From Catajapyx aquilonaris (Eukaryota), in contig KZ538238.1 in assembly GCA_000934665.2 (NCBI GenBank), positions 1 through 64,000 of the forward strand: a stretch of 64,000 bases of DNA. The letters run 5' to 3'. A model generated the notes under the pieces. It made no database searches. It worked only from the letters and a program-made list of their open reading frames with translations, and had not been told where the DNA came from. Made by a program: the position numbers and the translations under genes. Below are positions 47,386 through 61,800 of the stretch, in pieces. How positions within the stretch are numbered: position 1 is the first letter of the stretch; each line of letters begins with the position of its first letter.

Positions 47386-50300
47386 CCTGCTACACCCAAA
47401 TTTCGCTGGATTTGCCTGCTGCCTCTATATACCTTGACCTGCCCACACCAGAGAAGGAACCACCAAACTCCCGGAGCCACGCAGCTCCGATAATTCTCCC
47501 CCAGCAAGCCCTCCGACCCTCAAGAGAATATTTATCAAACCGGCAGTTTCCCAGACAAAACTTTGGGGCGACTCGCTTTGTTAGCCACGCAGTTAAGATT
47601 CGTTGAATTTACAGCCCCCCTCCTCTTCTCCCTACGGATAATGCAAGCCCCTTGGTTGTCGACATCCGCATGGTACCGATGCGGTTATACGGGCCTCCCT
47701 GGCTCTGATCTATTATTCCGGTACGACGGAGTCTTGGCTTTCCGTGTAAGTTTTTTTTTGTGTGTGTACGGTGTACTGAAAACCACCTTTGGAGTCTCTA
47801 CAGGGTATACCACCTCCAGTATCGATTGAAGTGTGGGGGGGGGGGGGGGGTTGGAACCTAAAACCCCCTGACTGCAAGGTGAGAATGAGCCTCTCCGGAT
47901 CAGAGGGCCTTCATCTCAAGTGCGCCCGACCGTACCGCAGAATCGTTGGTCCAGGAGACGTGGAGGTTTCACATTACACACACCTCGCCTCACCTAAAAG
48001 TTCACAGGTCAATAACGCAAACCCAGCACTATAAAAGACCGCAATAAACACTCTCTCGAATTTCACCTTGCTCCAAATATATAAGAAAATATTGTCAACC
48101 CGCAGAATAAGAAATGAACTGTATCACGCTAATGGACGGACCTGACCTGGCAGGGCCACAAAGAGCGTTGCGTAGGAAAGATCAGCCCCATTTTTTTTTT
48201 TTTTTTGCCGAGCGGAAAACTAAGCAAACATGCCAGTAATCATTACACTTGGGGGTTTTTCACTGGAGGGTGAGAGGATGACAAACAGTGTCCTTATCCT
48301 TTTACCGCTGTCTGGAGAACAAGCCTGTTTATGGCCCGGCACTACTTGTTTTTCAACCTAATCCTATATATGGAAGCTTTCAGGAACCCCTTTTAACTCT
48401 CCAGCCCATCAACAGTGTTCTTTTGGACAACATTCAGCCACCTCTGCACAGGGTGACAGAAAAAAAAAATCATTGCCACCAAACTTTCGAGTCACCATGT
48501 ATGAAGTCTATATAAACGACAGAAAAAGCCTATTGGGATTTAGCGCTTCTGACGTCAGGTCCGTCTGGCTGCTTATACAAAAAAACAAGAGTCAATATTT
48601 CGTTGCTTTTTTTTCCACACACACAAAAAAAATATTACACTTATTGGAAATGTGCACTTTGCTGGATTCCAACAGATATTAATATCGTCACTTCGTAAGG
48701 TGTTGACGATGTCGCGGGGGGGACAAACTGCCTGCCAAGTGTTTACCAATAACCGCCGCAAAAATCCCTTTGCGATCCCTCCGCCTCTAGAAAACCACTT
48801 TGCAAAACCGACTATTGTTGCGGCGACTATTCCGTCACCTCAGCCTATAAATTTTTTCTACCCTACAACAAGAGGCAAATACTTTGCAGCCCATCTCGCA
48901 CATATTTTTCTTTGCTCCTTTGACAAACAAAAAAAAGTGTCGTTTCTATTCCAAGCCCGACCCAACAACATATATCACCAAGAAAAAAAAAAAAACAAAC
49001 GCTATAAAACCATGCAACACTATATAGGGAACAGACAGAAACCTTCAGCAATGACACATAACTTTAAGCAAAAATGTATAATTTTTTTGCATTTCCTTTC
49101 CTCATCTATACAGTTGGAAACGAACACAAAAAAATGTACGCACCTCTCCATCAATAATTCGAGCCAATCTGCCGGATATGTAAAATGGAATAGTTGAGGG
49201 ACACGAGAGCAACGGAGAAAATGTTTGCATGGGTAAATTGCAAGCAAACTTTCCGCTCCAGGTTCACATTTTTGTCCTTGATCAAACTCACAGCCTCTCC
49301 TCTGGAATTAGCAAAGGTAGGGCTCGAACGGGAAATTAATTGCGTGAAAAGGGGGGGAAAAAAAATCTTCCACCTGAAAAAACTTTCCTTATAAGAAAAG
49401 CCTGCTGGAAAACGTTTTTTTAATTGAATCCGACGCGTATATCCCATTTCGAAATGTTCTGCGCAATTCGGTTTTTGGATATCTTTGGATATTGCAGCCT
49501 GTCTGTTCGGTGCCTGAAAAAAAAGAGCCATAAAAGGGCCCTCCAAATGAGACAGCAGATCAAGACAGCAGTCAATTCCTGCCTCGCACAAGAGACAATC
49601 GACGAACCAAACGCAGGCGCAGACTCAACGAAGAAAGGAAAAAAAAAAAAAATCCAGAAGAAAGCGGATTATTCGGTAGATATCAACTTTCTATTCAACA
49701 TGGGCGCCAGTTAGAGAGGCTCCATTCTGGGTTTTAGAGAGCTCCAGAGAATAGTTTCATAGTGAGTCCACCCCCGCAGGCGAATGACCATTGTCTCTTA
49801 ACTGCTGGCTCTGCGATTAAATAGAGAGGAACTGTGCTGCTGGAATAGCAGCCAGTCCTGCAGTGCAATTTTCATTTTGATCCTTTCACATAGGGTGAAT
49901 GGACAGGTGTTTAAAAAAAGGTACTCAGCAGTCCCACAGTATAACTGACATACCCACGAGCGTTTGTAACAATTGCGACAATGACTGGCCTCTTGGCAAA
50001 ACTTTAATATTAACACTGTCCGCTACTGGTTTATGCCCAAGTTGGGGTTGTTTTGTTGCATGCAAAACATGGTGCTGTCCTGCATTCGCTAGCCGAGCAC
50101 GACCGCAACTGGTTCGGAACGCTAACGATCTATTTAGCAACTGTCCACCCCCCCCCCCCCTCTCGATTGCAAACAACCTCAACAAATAATGCAAATCGTT
50201 TTACAAAACTAGTGGCAGCCATTTAAACTTGGCGCTCCCGTCCGCAATATATGACGTCAATGAGTTCAAGGCCAAGCCAATCAGATTCAATGCCACTTTT

Positions 50301-52451
50301 GCTGGCGCCACGGCATGAGAGCGGCTTCGTATTAATCATACTTGCTGAGAGGCTGGATTTGCAACTGCTGCAGTGGTTTGCTGGCTGGTGTTTAATGGCG
50401 CAAAAAAAATTGTCGCACTGCTGGATAGTTATGGAAACAACACTGACAAAGGAACCAGTTCTATCCATCCTATTTTGGGGGGGCACATAGATCGTCCCCC
50501 CCCCCCCCTTTTTTTTGACAGCGACGATATTACGACGTTGCAAGCTACATGTCACAGTAAAAATCTCGGTTCAGCACAAAAACTCTCGTGGGGTTTTGAT
50601 AGACCTGCATCGATCCATTGCATATCTTTCCAACCCACGTCCATTAATATTCCTAGGGCTCCTGTATATACATCCCCCCCTCTCTCCAAGCCTCATGTAT
50701 AAATCGTCATCTTCTATTGGTCAGATGGGACCATGCCGCTGCCCATAATAAACTCAATCGTTACTCTCTCGCCCCAGCGCATCGCACAAATAAAACCGGG
50801 ATTATGCCTCCCAACAGTGGCCATAAGTCAGACCGTGACATATAGATGCCAGATAATTTGTCTCTCGTTGCATTAATTTTGAGCCGCATCCAATCAATCC
50901 CACCTCCCCCCCCCCCCNCCCCCAAAATGGACAAAATATATAACATATCAGCATCTATTTATTCCTAATATAAAGCTCCCAGGAATCCGGATCGGGTAGG
51001 GAGAAAAAGCAGGTTCCCGAAGGATCCGTAATAAGAAGATCATGGAAGGGATCTCTTATAAAATGGAATTCTATAGAGCGGACTATTCACGCTCGTTTTA
51101 TCGAGCCAGCAGATGGAAAAAGCGTTTTGATATTAGGGGTGAATAGACTGAAGCAACTGCAGTGTACAGTGCTGCACTTTAAATGGTGTCATCCTGGTGA
51201 CGCCAGGCACTTGATTGCCTCACCTGTAAATGTACAGATGCCAGGTGGGGCTAAAATCTCGATCAAACGAAGGTGGGTTATCCGGAGGACCACATTTTTA
51301 TTCGCTCTTTCGCCGTCGTCAGCTAGTGGCGCTATCATTAAAGCACTGTACATAATGAAATCATGTGCTGAAGCCCCCACCATCTGTCGAATCGTGGAGC
51401 GAGTAATAACACCCGCAACACAAACAGGTATATAGCCACGCGGCCTGGCCCTGTAATTAAATGCAACTTGGTGGGGTTCTATTGTGAACATTGCAGCAGC
51501 TTGTCACTCACAACATATTATTCATGCCGCAATAAACTCCCAGGCTAGTTTCAAGCAGGAATCCAACAGAACAGCCCATAATAATCGTGTGTTGCCTGGG
51601 CGGCACACAAAATTTTCAGGAGGCAAGATTAGTCCACATATATCAACACCTCGTTACGCAATTTGTCGCTTTTTGGGGGGATGGGAGAGGGGCTATTGCT
51701 GGCTCCCAAATTAAAATACGGCGCTATCTGATGGGCTGGGGGATATTAAAACTATATAGTGGGTGAGGCAGGCAGCAGCAGGAACGTAATTGAAACTTGT
51801 ATTTGTATTCGGTGCCCCGTGTGAGTCGCTCCCAAACAAAATGCGGTATAGTACACACGCTTTTCGCCTCAACACCAACAACACCTGCTGCAATGCTCCT
51901 AAAATTGTCACACACAAAATGCTTATTTTTCCCAGGAGCAGCTCAGTACAATGTGTACAGTGCAGCAGTTTACCCCCCAAATAATCCGCACTACTTTACA
52001 TATACTGGGTAACAAGTGTAACACTCCCCGGACGAACATAATCTTCGCAGATTATACGTCGCCCGAATAATCGAGTTCACACCCCCGCGTGCTGCAAGAT
52101 TGATAGCGACAAAAAACATTGTAATAACCTCGTGTCATCTATCTCACTCCATCACGCATTATTACAGACTTTCCAACTATGCGAATCATAAGTTTCTGAG
52201 GGCGATACACCCCCCCACTTCCAAGCAATAAAAAGAGAGAGAAAAAAGGGGGGGGGGGCACAAAAAATGTTTAAGTCAGACAATTCCAATAAAGTCTGAC
52301 CCCAAGCGAAATTAAAGTTTCCACTTAAACTGCTCCTATCTAGCTCTAATCAATAACCCTAAGCAATTCCGGAGCTCTTCCAAGTGCTGCGAGCCAGAAG
52401 GAACAGCTCCTCCGGAAATAAGAGTTAGACAACACCACAAAAAAAAATTGT

Positions 52452-52917
52452 AAGGAAATAATTATCCCTGAAATTTTCCTGAATTTCCAGCAAATAATTA
52501 TCCCTGAAATTTTCCTGAATTTCCAGCAAATAATTATCCCTGAAATTTTCCTGAATTTCCAGCAAATTATTCCCGAAATTTTCCTGAATTCCCAGCAAAT
52601 TATTCCTGAAATTTTCCTGAATTCCCAGAAAATTATTCCTGAAATTTTCCTGAATTTCCAGCAAATTATTCCCGAAATTTTCCTGAATTTCCAGCAAATT
52701 ATACCTGAAATTTTCCTGAATTTCCAGCAAATTATTCCTGAAATTCCAGCAAATTATTCCCGAAATTTTCCTGAATTTCCAGCAAATTATTCCTGAAGTT
52801 TTTCTGAAATTCCAGCAAATTATTCCTGACATTCCAGCAAATTATTCCTGAAATTTTCCTGAATTTCCAGCAAATTATTCCTGAAGTTTTCCTGAATTTC
52901 CAGCAGATTATTCCAGC
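52452..52917. repeat. ~33-bp minisatellite (aaattttcctgaatttccagcaaattattcctg)
   Basis: About 14 tandem, partly truncated copies with no spacers. Confidence 0.92.
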
Positions 52918-54399
52918 TCATATTAATATTCCAGAATCAATTCACTGCAACAGGTGATGCCAATATGCAACCGGGTGATTAAAAAAAAAATCCAACCAAA
53001 TGAAACCGGGTAACTTGGTCTTATCTATCCGGGTTTTAAAAAAAGGATCGTAAATGACAGAAACGAATCGCACGGCCCCGTCCTCTTGATGAAATTTTAC
53101 GAGTCTGCCCTCTCTCTCTCTCTCTCTTTCTAAAAAAAAAGTACATTTCCAGTAAATGACTCCAATGGCGCCAACTGGTCATTGATACCATTTTTTTTAA
53201 AGCGAAGTTTGTACCGGAGGACGTTCAAAAAGCACACAAGTTTTGTGTCAACCTGTTTCCCAGCCCTGAATTAAACGCAAACACAAAGCACTCTACCTGC
53301 GTTGCATTTCATTACCTGCTGCACCCAATCAAATTGAGCTCTCCCCCATCCTCCCCATATGCTAAAATGAGCCAATGAAGCTTCCTGAAAATTAGAACCG
53401 GATGTTAGGTAGTTTCGACTCTCCCCGGATTTTATACTTAAAAAAAAAAAGATGTTATCTGGATCCGGCCCCCACGCTTTGGGGATGTCACCCTGAATTA
53501 TTCATTCTCCCCAGAGTGGAAAAACCTGGGCTTAATTGCATACGACCCCTAGTAACACATCTCACTTTTTATTGCCCTCCCACAAATTAAGACTTAATGC
53601 TGGATCCACCTGTACAGAGATGTGCGCAACCCCCCGGATAATTATTCACAGCCTAACGAATTTAATTTTCCAAGGTGTTTCTAATCGCACTAATGAAAAT
53701 TCGTTGGGATTAACCGGCTGGAAAATTGCGAATTCGGGATTCCCCNCCCCCCCCCCCTCCATTAAAAAAAATAAAATCCGGGTCTTTTTTTTCTCTATAG
53801 GGTTTGCTATATAGAGTGGCGTCTCCGGGTGTGGAAAATCCCTTCCCCCGGATGTCTGCAAAAGGCGGCCGTCACTAAGAGGTTCCTGGTGCAGGGCTTA
53901 GCAAAGCCAAACACCTCCGGAGCTCACCCCCGGATTCTACTTGGATCGTTGCCTGCCTGAAGTTACGGGAGGGGGCCACGAGACCCGGATTAACACTAAG
54001 CTGGAAGCCACGGGTATTCCAGAAAGCACGTCACAGAAATTATTTTTTTAAAAAAAGGATTTGTGTTAGCGACACCTCTCGAGAGACCTAACTGTACCTA
54101 CACCTAGATTAATTAGTAAATAGACCCTGCAAGTACTAATTAGCTCGCATTTTTTATCACTTCTTTAGCATCTGCCCTTTTTTTTGCTATAGGACGACGC
54201 CATTGATTTTTGCTTCAAGGCCCAAGATTCTTAATGGATAAATAAACCTACGGAAAGTGCCCTAAAAAATTCTGTAGCTCAAGACACTTCCACAAGGATT
54301 TATACTCGACTTACGTTACATTAGGCATGAAAAATATTTGAAAAAAAAGCGCTGTAATTCGCACACATCAATGTCTCTCTAAGAATTTACCAGTAAAAA

Positions 54400-54770
54400 A
54401 TTCACTCAAAAATGAGCAATTTCGAAAAATTATATTTTTGAGTGATTTTAACTTCACGAACAAATCGACTGGAAAATTACTCGAAAGAAGAGTGACAATG
54501 AGCACCTCTTTCAGCGATAGAGTGATTTTGACTCAAAACGAGTCGAAATCAAATCAAATGGAAGGAGTGAAAGACTCACTCAAAAAAATGAGCAATTTCG
54601 CAAAAATTATCTCATTGAGCGATTTTCACTCCACAAAGATTTACTTTCGACTGGAAAATTACTCGAAAGAAGAGTGAAAATGAGCACCTCTTTCAGTGAT
54701 TTTTAGTGATAATTTTTCACTTAAAACGAGTGGGAGTCAAAAGAATAACTCGACAATTTTTAGAGTGATA
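54400..54770. repeat. ~180-bp direct duplication, probably internal to a MITE
   Basis: cactcaaaaatgagcaatttcg...cgactggaaaattactcgaaagaagagtga...gagcacctctttcag occurs twice (~54403 and ~54577). Confidence 0.75.
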
Positions 54771-57700
54771 TTTACCCGAACCGCTATTGTTAACAATTCA
54801 TTGCAGTAATTCATACTATATTGCCAAACAGTTACTACAGAATTAGCCCGATTGAAACCACTGCCAATGCATTAACAACAAGGAAATCAGGTAAAACATT
54901 AAACACCTCGGCACAATCCGTACTAAATATTTAATAATAAAAAAGTATCGACATACTAACAACGGGTTACATTTTGTTCATTTAAGCCTTACATTAGGCA
55001 GTGATTTCGATCCCGATTTTCTCTCCCAATGTTTCCAGCGTGCCTCACACACAGGAATTTCATTCACATCAGAGCGACGATTACGTAGAAAAATATGGTC
55101 CACTTCCAACTATCTCAGCTCCAAACTTCCTCTCAAGGCACTCCCAAAAAGGGGGGGTTAAAACGAGCAGAAAAAGAGCTAAGGTCAGTCCCTTTTTGAA
55201 GAGCAATCGCGTTTTCCACCGCGTTTCCAAACCCGGGTATTGAAGTGGACGTTGATACACAGAATTCGAACAAGGAGTTGCTTTCTAGAGAGAAAAAAAG
55301 AGGTCAGACACTGTGATCGATTCTTCCAATAATAAAAACAAACATTAATCAATAGACTTGGGAGCACCAAGTGTCAAAAAATTCACCATTGCCAATTTTT
55401 GTGGGGGCTATGTTTTGAAGCTAGCTCATTCACACGGTGCCAATTTTAGCCCAAGTTGCGCAGAACCTTCAAGTAAACTGCTCGTAAACTTGAGATTGAC
55501 GAGCAGATTTCAAAAGACATCAGCCGTTTATACCACGCCTCATTCAACCACCAACAAAATGAACCAGATTCCTACGGTCGGACCGAAAATTATCGGGCAA
55601 AAACTATTTTCATGCCTTCGACCCCATATTTCGAATTAACACACGGGGGGGCGGACCATCATCTCTATTGTTGGGGGCGAGACATTTTCGGGGAAGGGAA
55701 AAAGGGGGTCATACTTGAAAGTGTGCAGTATAAATTCCAATATCGTCCACCCCCACCATTGTCTTTTAGACTTGCAAAACTTTTTCTTTGTCTTCATAAA
55801 TGTATGGGGGTGGCTGTTCAAAGAGGATGGGATAGTTGGGAGAGCTATATATCGGCCTTTTTTTTCTATACGAAAAACAAATATCGAGCCAGGCGCTGCT
55901 TTAAAACAATGCTGTCCACAACAGTACAGGAAAAACTCGATATTGAACATCCAGACCGACAGATTAAATCAAACAGCAGCTTTTTCTCGAGTCCTGATAA
56001 ATTGTGCAAGATCGTGTTATCGAGAAACTGTATACACTGCTTTGTCTATATTGCTCAAAAATAATAAATATTCGCGAAACTTGGAAGCAAAGAAATCGGT
56101 CCAGCAGGAAAAAAAAATGCACAATTTTTTTCTCCCGGATACAAGCGAGCCATTACCAGGTGGAAATAATATCCGGACAAGAACAGCTCTGGGGAAAATT
56201 TTTCGTTCTGTCTCATCCACCATCCTGCAAAAGATCCCATGCATGTCATGAATAATAACGCATGCAGGTGTCACATGCTCCATTGCGAAACTTTGTGCAA
56301 AAAAACACACACACACACATCCGAAATTTTTGTACAGCTTGTATTCACCATTGGGGACGGAAACTATGGGTTCACCGGTTATTGAAATTCCTGAGAACCA
56401 GAGGAAATCGAAATTCAAGATATGAATGAATGTGGGAGAGGAGTATATACACAGTGTGCAATATCAATTTCATCAGGATTCTCCTGAAAGTTACGAGTAT
56501 GCTTCGGGTTGTACAAAATTATTCATAGGACGTACCCGATGAGCTGGGCAGTTTTTTTTTTTTTTTTTTTTGTGAGTGCGGAGAGAAGACCACAATGTTC
56601 CAGGGGTTTAATCATACCTTTTAATTAATTAGATGATATCACACAGGGAATATACGATAAGCGAGCTTCTCCTCATAATACACCACGACGCTTCTGTGCC
56701 CATAACAGAGAGCGAGGTCCTGACAATTTCGCACAAAATTCACTCCAAGCACAGACCGCATAAAGACAAATGGCAGCTCCCAGAAAACTGAGACGAACTG
56801 TGCAAACTTTTTAAAAAAAAGTCAAATAGGACCCACCGCAAGCTAACTACCTGGCTGTAATCATAACTTATGGGCTGCACTAATCTACATTAGATGCTTC
56901 AAAAAAAATTCATGACACACTGAGTGAAATAAATGAGCCAATTGGTACTGGGCATGATATAACAAACTATACTGTATATTATTATTTTTTAAACGAACGC
57001 AACCGAGTGCGCACTGCAGTTGGCGCAGCGTACAGGGTTGGCATTATCAATAAAAGTTGGTAAAATGAATATACTTCCAACACTAGGGAAGGAAACAAAT
57101 TGAAGCTTGAGCCAAATATAACTTAAATTGAGCCTGAAGTGATTTAACAGTGTATCCGCTTTCTCCTACTTTTACCAAAATCTGTTAGCATTATCTAATG
57201 CACTCTAGAATAAGTCTATAGCCCGTCAGATCGTCTCTCACTCACTGTGGGGGGATTTTCCAGAGAAGCGAATTTCATGGGAGCTCCCCCCTAAAAAAAA
57301 AAGCCAACAGCTTGATCCTTTTAGAGTATAAGTCAAACAGTATGTTCTATAGTTGTGCGAACACGACTCAGCAATATCCTCTTCCCTCGGGTTCAAGCGA
57401 TGGAGTTTAAAAAAAAACCCAGCTAGGAAAAGGGGGCAGTGATAACCGAAGAAGAAAAAAAACGTAACGTCATGTAACTGCAAAGTTGGAGGGAATCCCC
57501 ACAATAAGACCCAAGTTCATTTAGGTTTCTTTTTCCCCATATAGCTCCAGGATGTGCTTCAATAACGATCCCCGAGGACTGACTGGAAGGAAAAGATTAC
57601 GTACGAAAAAAAAAATTTATATAGAAAAGCGTCGCCAGTTCTTTCCTCTATAGATATCAACTGCTGCCAAAAACGTGTACTCGTGGTTTTTGTTAAGTTT

Positions 57701-59014
57701 TATGAAGATAAAAAAAAAAGCTGCTCGAAGTCTCTCCGGGTTTATCAAAACTTGTTTTTAAACTAGTTCACACCAAGTTTCAGCTAAAATCCACACTTCC
57801 AAGAGAAGATGGTGCAATTTTCGCTTAAAAATACAGAAGAGAGAAGATGCTCGGAATATGAAGAACTTTTTAACGAACATCTTTTGTGCCTTCTGGCACG
57901 GCTTTAGCTTTTTTGGTTTTTTTTGGTAACATTTTTGTTTCCCAAAAAGTTCTGTTTGCATGAATTTCAATATATTTTTTGCCTCATTGGATTTCCGGAA
58001 GCCCCTGGAGATATTGCACTGTACAAATCGTTCAGGACGTAAACTGTAAAGGATTACAGTGTCTTGTCAACTGCGGTTCAATATTGTCGAAATGAATGCG
58101 CAGTGTTTATATCGCGTTATTATAAGCTTCTTCCGAAACTTTTTGTTATCACAAAAAAGGGCGTAAGAGGATTTAAAATAACTTCCGCCATGAATAGACT
58201 TTTCAGGTTTTGGAAAATTGGGGGTCTCTCAACCTCTTTAGCCATTACTTTGGGTTATAAGGTATCATAGCAGATGAAGCTTCAAATCTGCCACGTCCGC
58301 TATCCTCTAGATCCCACCAGGACATTGTTAGCCTAAAATTGATCATTTCGCCTCCAAATCCCATCAAGAATCCGGTCACAGGGTGTACCAGAATGTCCCA
58401 TTGCACATAGTTCCTGCAAGCTTTGCCGCACACAATTAATTCCGCACCGACTCACTTTTTTTTTGGTTGCCCTGAAGGAAACCATGCGCAAAATGTGGGT
58501 AGTGTCAAAAGGGGTTTTTTTTTTTCACGGGCTGGTTCCACACACGTATATGTCCAGAGGGCGGATGCGATTAACCTTCATCGAAATGCTGTCACACAAA
58601 CCCTTTTACAACTGGCGATAACATTACTTGACATCATTATTGGCGATATTGAACAGGAAATAAAAGTTCCACGCATTATTTTCAATCTCTCAAATAATCG
58701 CATTTGTTTCGGTACATAAACACGCACATTTACTTTCCAGACAAGTACGAGAAAACGGCTTTGTTGCAAATTGAAACAAACTTTTCAATCGTCTCTCAGT
58801 TTGGCTATGCATGGACTGTTTTTAGCTCAGCTTTCCATTCCGTGTGCTAGCTCATAAAAAGCATCATTTCATTTGCAATTGACTTTTCAGCGCGTTGTTA
58901 TACTAGACGGGCCATTGGTCCTGAAGCGCACCATTTTCCAGGGCATTCATTTTAATCTTGTAAACGGGGGAGGGCATGACATATGCCGAATAGTAACTGC
59001 TATTTTATCATTGA

Positions 59015-59366
59015 CTAGCAGGGTACCCGACGTTGCTCAGGCTTATCCAGAGGAGTAACTCATTGATTTGGTATAGTTACATTTGCAATAATTATGGCTA
59101 TACAATGTTGGCACATGGAGCATATTGCATGTGCATGAAGTCCAACGGGGTTCCTGATTTTCTGCATTTTCGCCTCCTGCAGCCAAGGATGACCTCGGAG
59201 GTCAAATCCAATGCGTTAAAAACCTACCCCGTTAAAAACTACCCCCTGGGGCATCATTAGGGGTAGTTTTTAACGGGGTAGGTTTTCCCCCTGGGGCATA
59301 TGTCGAGGCCTCCGCATTGATTTGCATCGGGAAGGTACAGACATACGTTATGAAATATGTATACGA
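59015..59366 (-). mobile_element. Probably complete non-autonomous Helitron (~350 bp)
   Basis: On the minus strand: host A, then 5' TCGTATACATATTTCATAAC..., a subterminal imperfect hairpin, 3' CTAG, and host T. No target-site duplication. A homologous copy lies at 28674. Confidence 0.65.
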
Positions 59367-61694
59367 TTCCAGCATAACCAATAGTCCACTTCCATTACAA
59401 CCCAGCTTGTCTCTTGTCCTATTTATTAGTCAGTTACATGGCTCCTAAAAATGCACTAGATTAGAGAGGGCCGTCGCGTCGTTAGAACTACTTCTTCTGA
59501 CACTTTGCAAAGTCTGCAGGCATAAACATGGGCTCCTTGAGAAAGTCAAAAGGCGGTGGGGGGTGGTTATGGAAAAGAGAAGGAAGGAAGGAGGGAGGGA
59601 CAAAACCCATTATCCGGCCACAGATTACATTTGCGCCAACCCCCTCGTCTAAGGGATTAGCACGTCGTGACTTAATCCGACCTGCTTGAATTTTCCTCCC
59701 AGAGCTCATGTATAACAAATGTGAAAAGATGCTGCCTGACATAACTTGGGTGACAGCCCCACCGATATTCCTTAGTGACCGGAGACTGTGCAGCCTCAGA
59801 GAGGTGTTATTACCTACCATAATTTAAGCCCCCGAGGGTAAGACCAGCAAGTTTGGAGGTGCACAAAAGAAAGGTCACTTACTCAAAAATCTGAATACAA
59901 GAGCAGGCGGTCGCCATGGACAAGTTCTAGTAAAGTTGATGTGGCGGCAACTAGTGAACAATAGTACCCTCAAACTAATTTGTGTCTGACCATCCCCAAA
60001 AGTTGCGTTCTCCGCAGCAGTCGTTGTCAATTAGCAACTTTGGAGGGAGGGGGGGAAAAAAGGGGGGTGCTAAAGTTAGATCTAATCTGCAATGTGCACC
60101 TGCAACTAAGCCGACACCTTCAGGTAATTCAATCCGAAGTCATTAGCTCAATTCAGGCGTTAAACGCAGGATATGTCTCTCTGCCAGGTCGGATTTTGTA
60201 TTCCATCTGAGGACATTGCGACAACAAGACAACTGACAAATGTGGCCGGATTTTCTCCCCCGCAGTTTTGTATCCTCTCCCCCTCCCCCCCACTTTTTTT
60301 TTCATGGAACTTGCGGCAGGTGACACTTCATTCAGGATAAATGACTCCACGGCCGACCATCCTTCACATCTCGCAACTTTTGCCGCCAGCTCGCATCTGG
60401 TCGTACATCACTTTGGACCTCCAGCATCCTGCTCTTCAAAAAACCGGGGAGGAAANTTTTTTTTTTTTTTTTTTTTTGCCCAAGTCTTTCTACCTTTTCT
60501 TCTTTCGCAGGACATGCATCGGATGATCGGAAGGACCATTTATCTGCCAATCACGAGGAAATGTTGGCCGAAGTTCGATTCAACCCCCCCAAGATCCATC
60601 AGTACATACTGGAATTTATAGTGGAAATGTCAGCAGCCCAAAAAACGATGAAGACGATTCGTGCTAAAATAATTCACTGTGCGATTCAATTAGCAATTAT
60701 TATTTTTTCTACTCCACTGCAGACTTTGAACGTAACCGATTTTTTTCTTTTCTTCTCACTACACATCAACATCGAGTCGAGTTAACAAGAGCAGTTCGTT
60801 ATGTGACAGTCAGAGTGTGGCAATTAAGCGTGTATGTTCGCGTAAAAAGGTCCAATGGCATTCATAATGCTCGATCAGCACGCAATAAAATTCGCAAAAA
60901 TCGAAATCGCCGTCACGTACTGAAAAAACTGCGATTTTTTTTCCTCCTCTTCTATCCCATGGGACAAATAATCCTCGACTTTTTTTAATGGTTGCTCTAG
61001 GGCGGAATATATAGTAGCGCAATGTTTTAAATCTTCGCCTACGTCCTATTAATGTAACAAGTGAATCAACACCTCTCATAATTTAGGCAGGGGTTGGGAT
61101 AAACCTGTTACCCCCAACACAATTACACTGGATCTGTTTTTCGCGCCAGGAATCCTTTGATGCACGTTTTCATCATTTGGCTTGCCCCGAGAATTATCAA
61201 GGTTCATGTTGCAGTGAATTGACCCGACCACATAACCGTATGCATTCAAAACGTAATATTTCATTAATATGTAAACAGGTGATGCAAACAGCCCTCTGCT
61301 ATGGGCATTTCGTGCTAATTATTCGGCAACAAATACTATTCACGGCTGATGGACCAAAAGGCAGCACAACCTACAAGGGGGAGAGGAGGGGGGGGGGGGA
61401 AACAAGTCTCTGCATCATTAATGCTCACACTATATGGCGCCCATAACCATGTAAAAACTTTCCACGCCGTAATCATTTGCTTTACAACCCATACTTAATC
61501 CTGCCAATATACCAGACGCCCATAAATACTTCACACTATACCTCACTTTTTAGTTTTACACTAATTCAGTTACATATTCATAAACCAATCAGGCGAAGCT
61601 TTGTAGTTCGCAGCATACATTACCTGCTATAAACAACCTTAGAGTGCAGAAAATCCTGCGTACCATGATTTTTTAAAGGATATGTCGGATATTT

Positions 61695-61800
61695 TTACGT
61701 AAGTCTGGATCTACGTAAGTCTGGATCTACGTAAGTCGGGACCTACGTAAGTTGACATCTACGTAAGTCGGGACCTACGTAAGTCGGAGGCTGCCTGTAC
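61695..61800. repeat. 16-bp tandem repeat (ctacgtaagtc[tgga/ggga]), same family as 46870-47385
   Basis: About six copies ending ctacgtaagtcggaggctgcctg, like the end of the 47-kb array. Confidence 0.8.

Noticed and set aside
46786..47507. R/I/Y/V-rich ORFs
   Set aside because: Translations of the TACGTA repeat array.
52425..52917. Regular ~33-bp repeats as a CRISPR array, or the 135-aa ORF as a gene
   Set aside because: Units are head-to-tail with no unique spacers, there are no cas genes, and the context is eukaryotic. The ORF is a by-product of the minisatellite.
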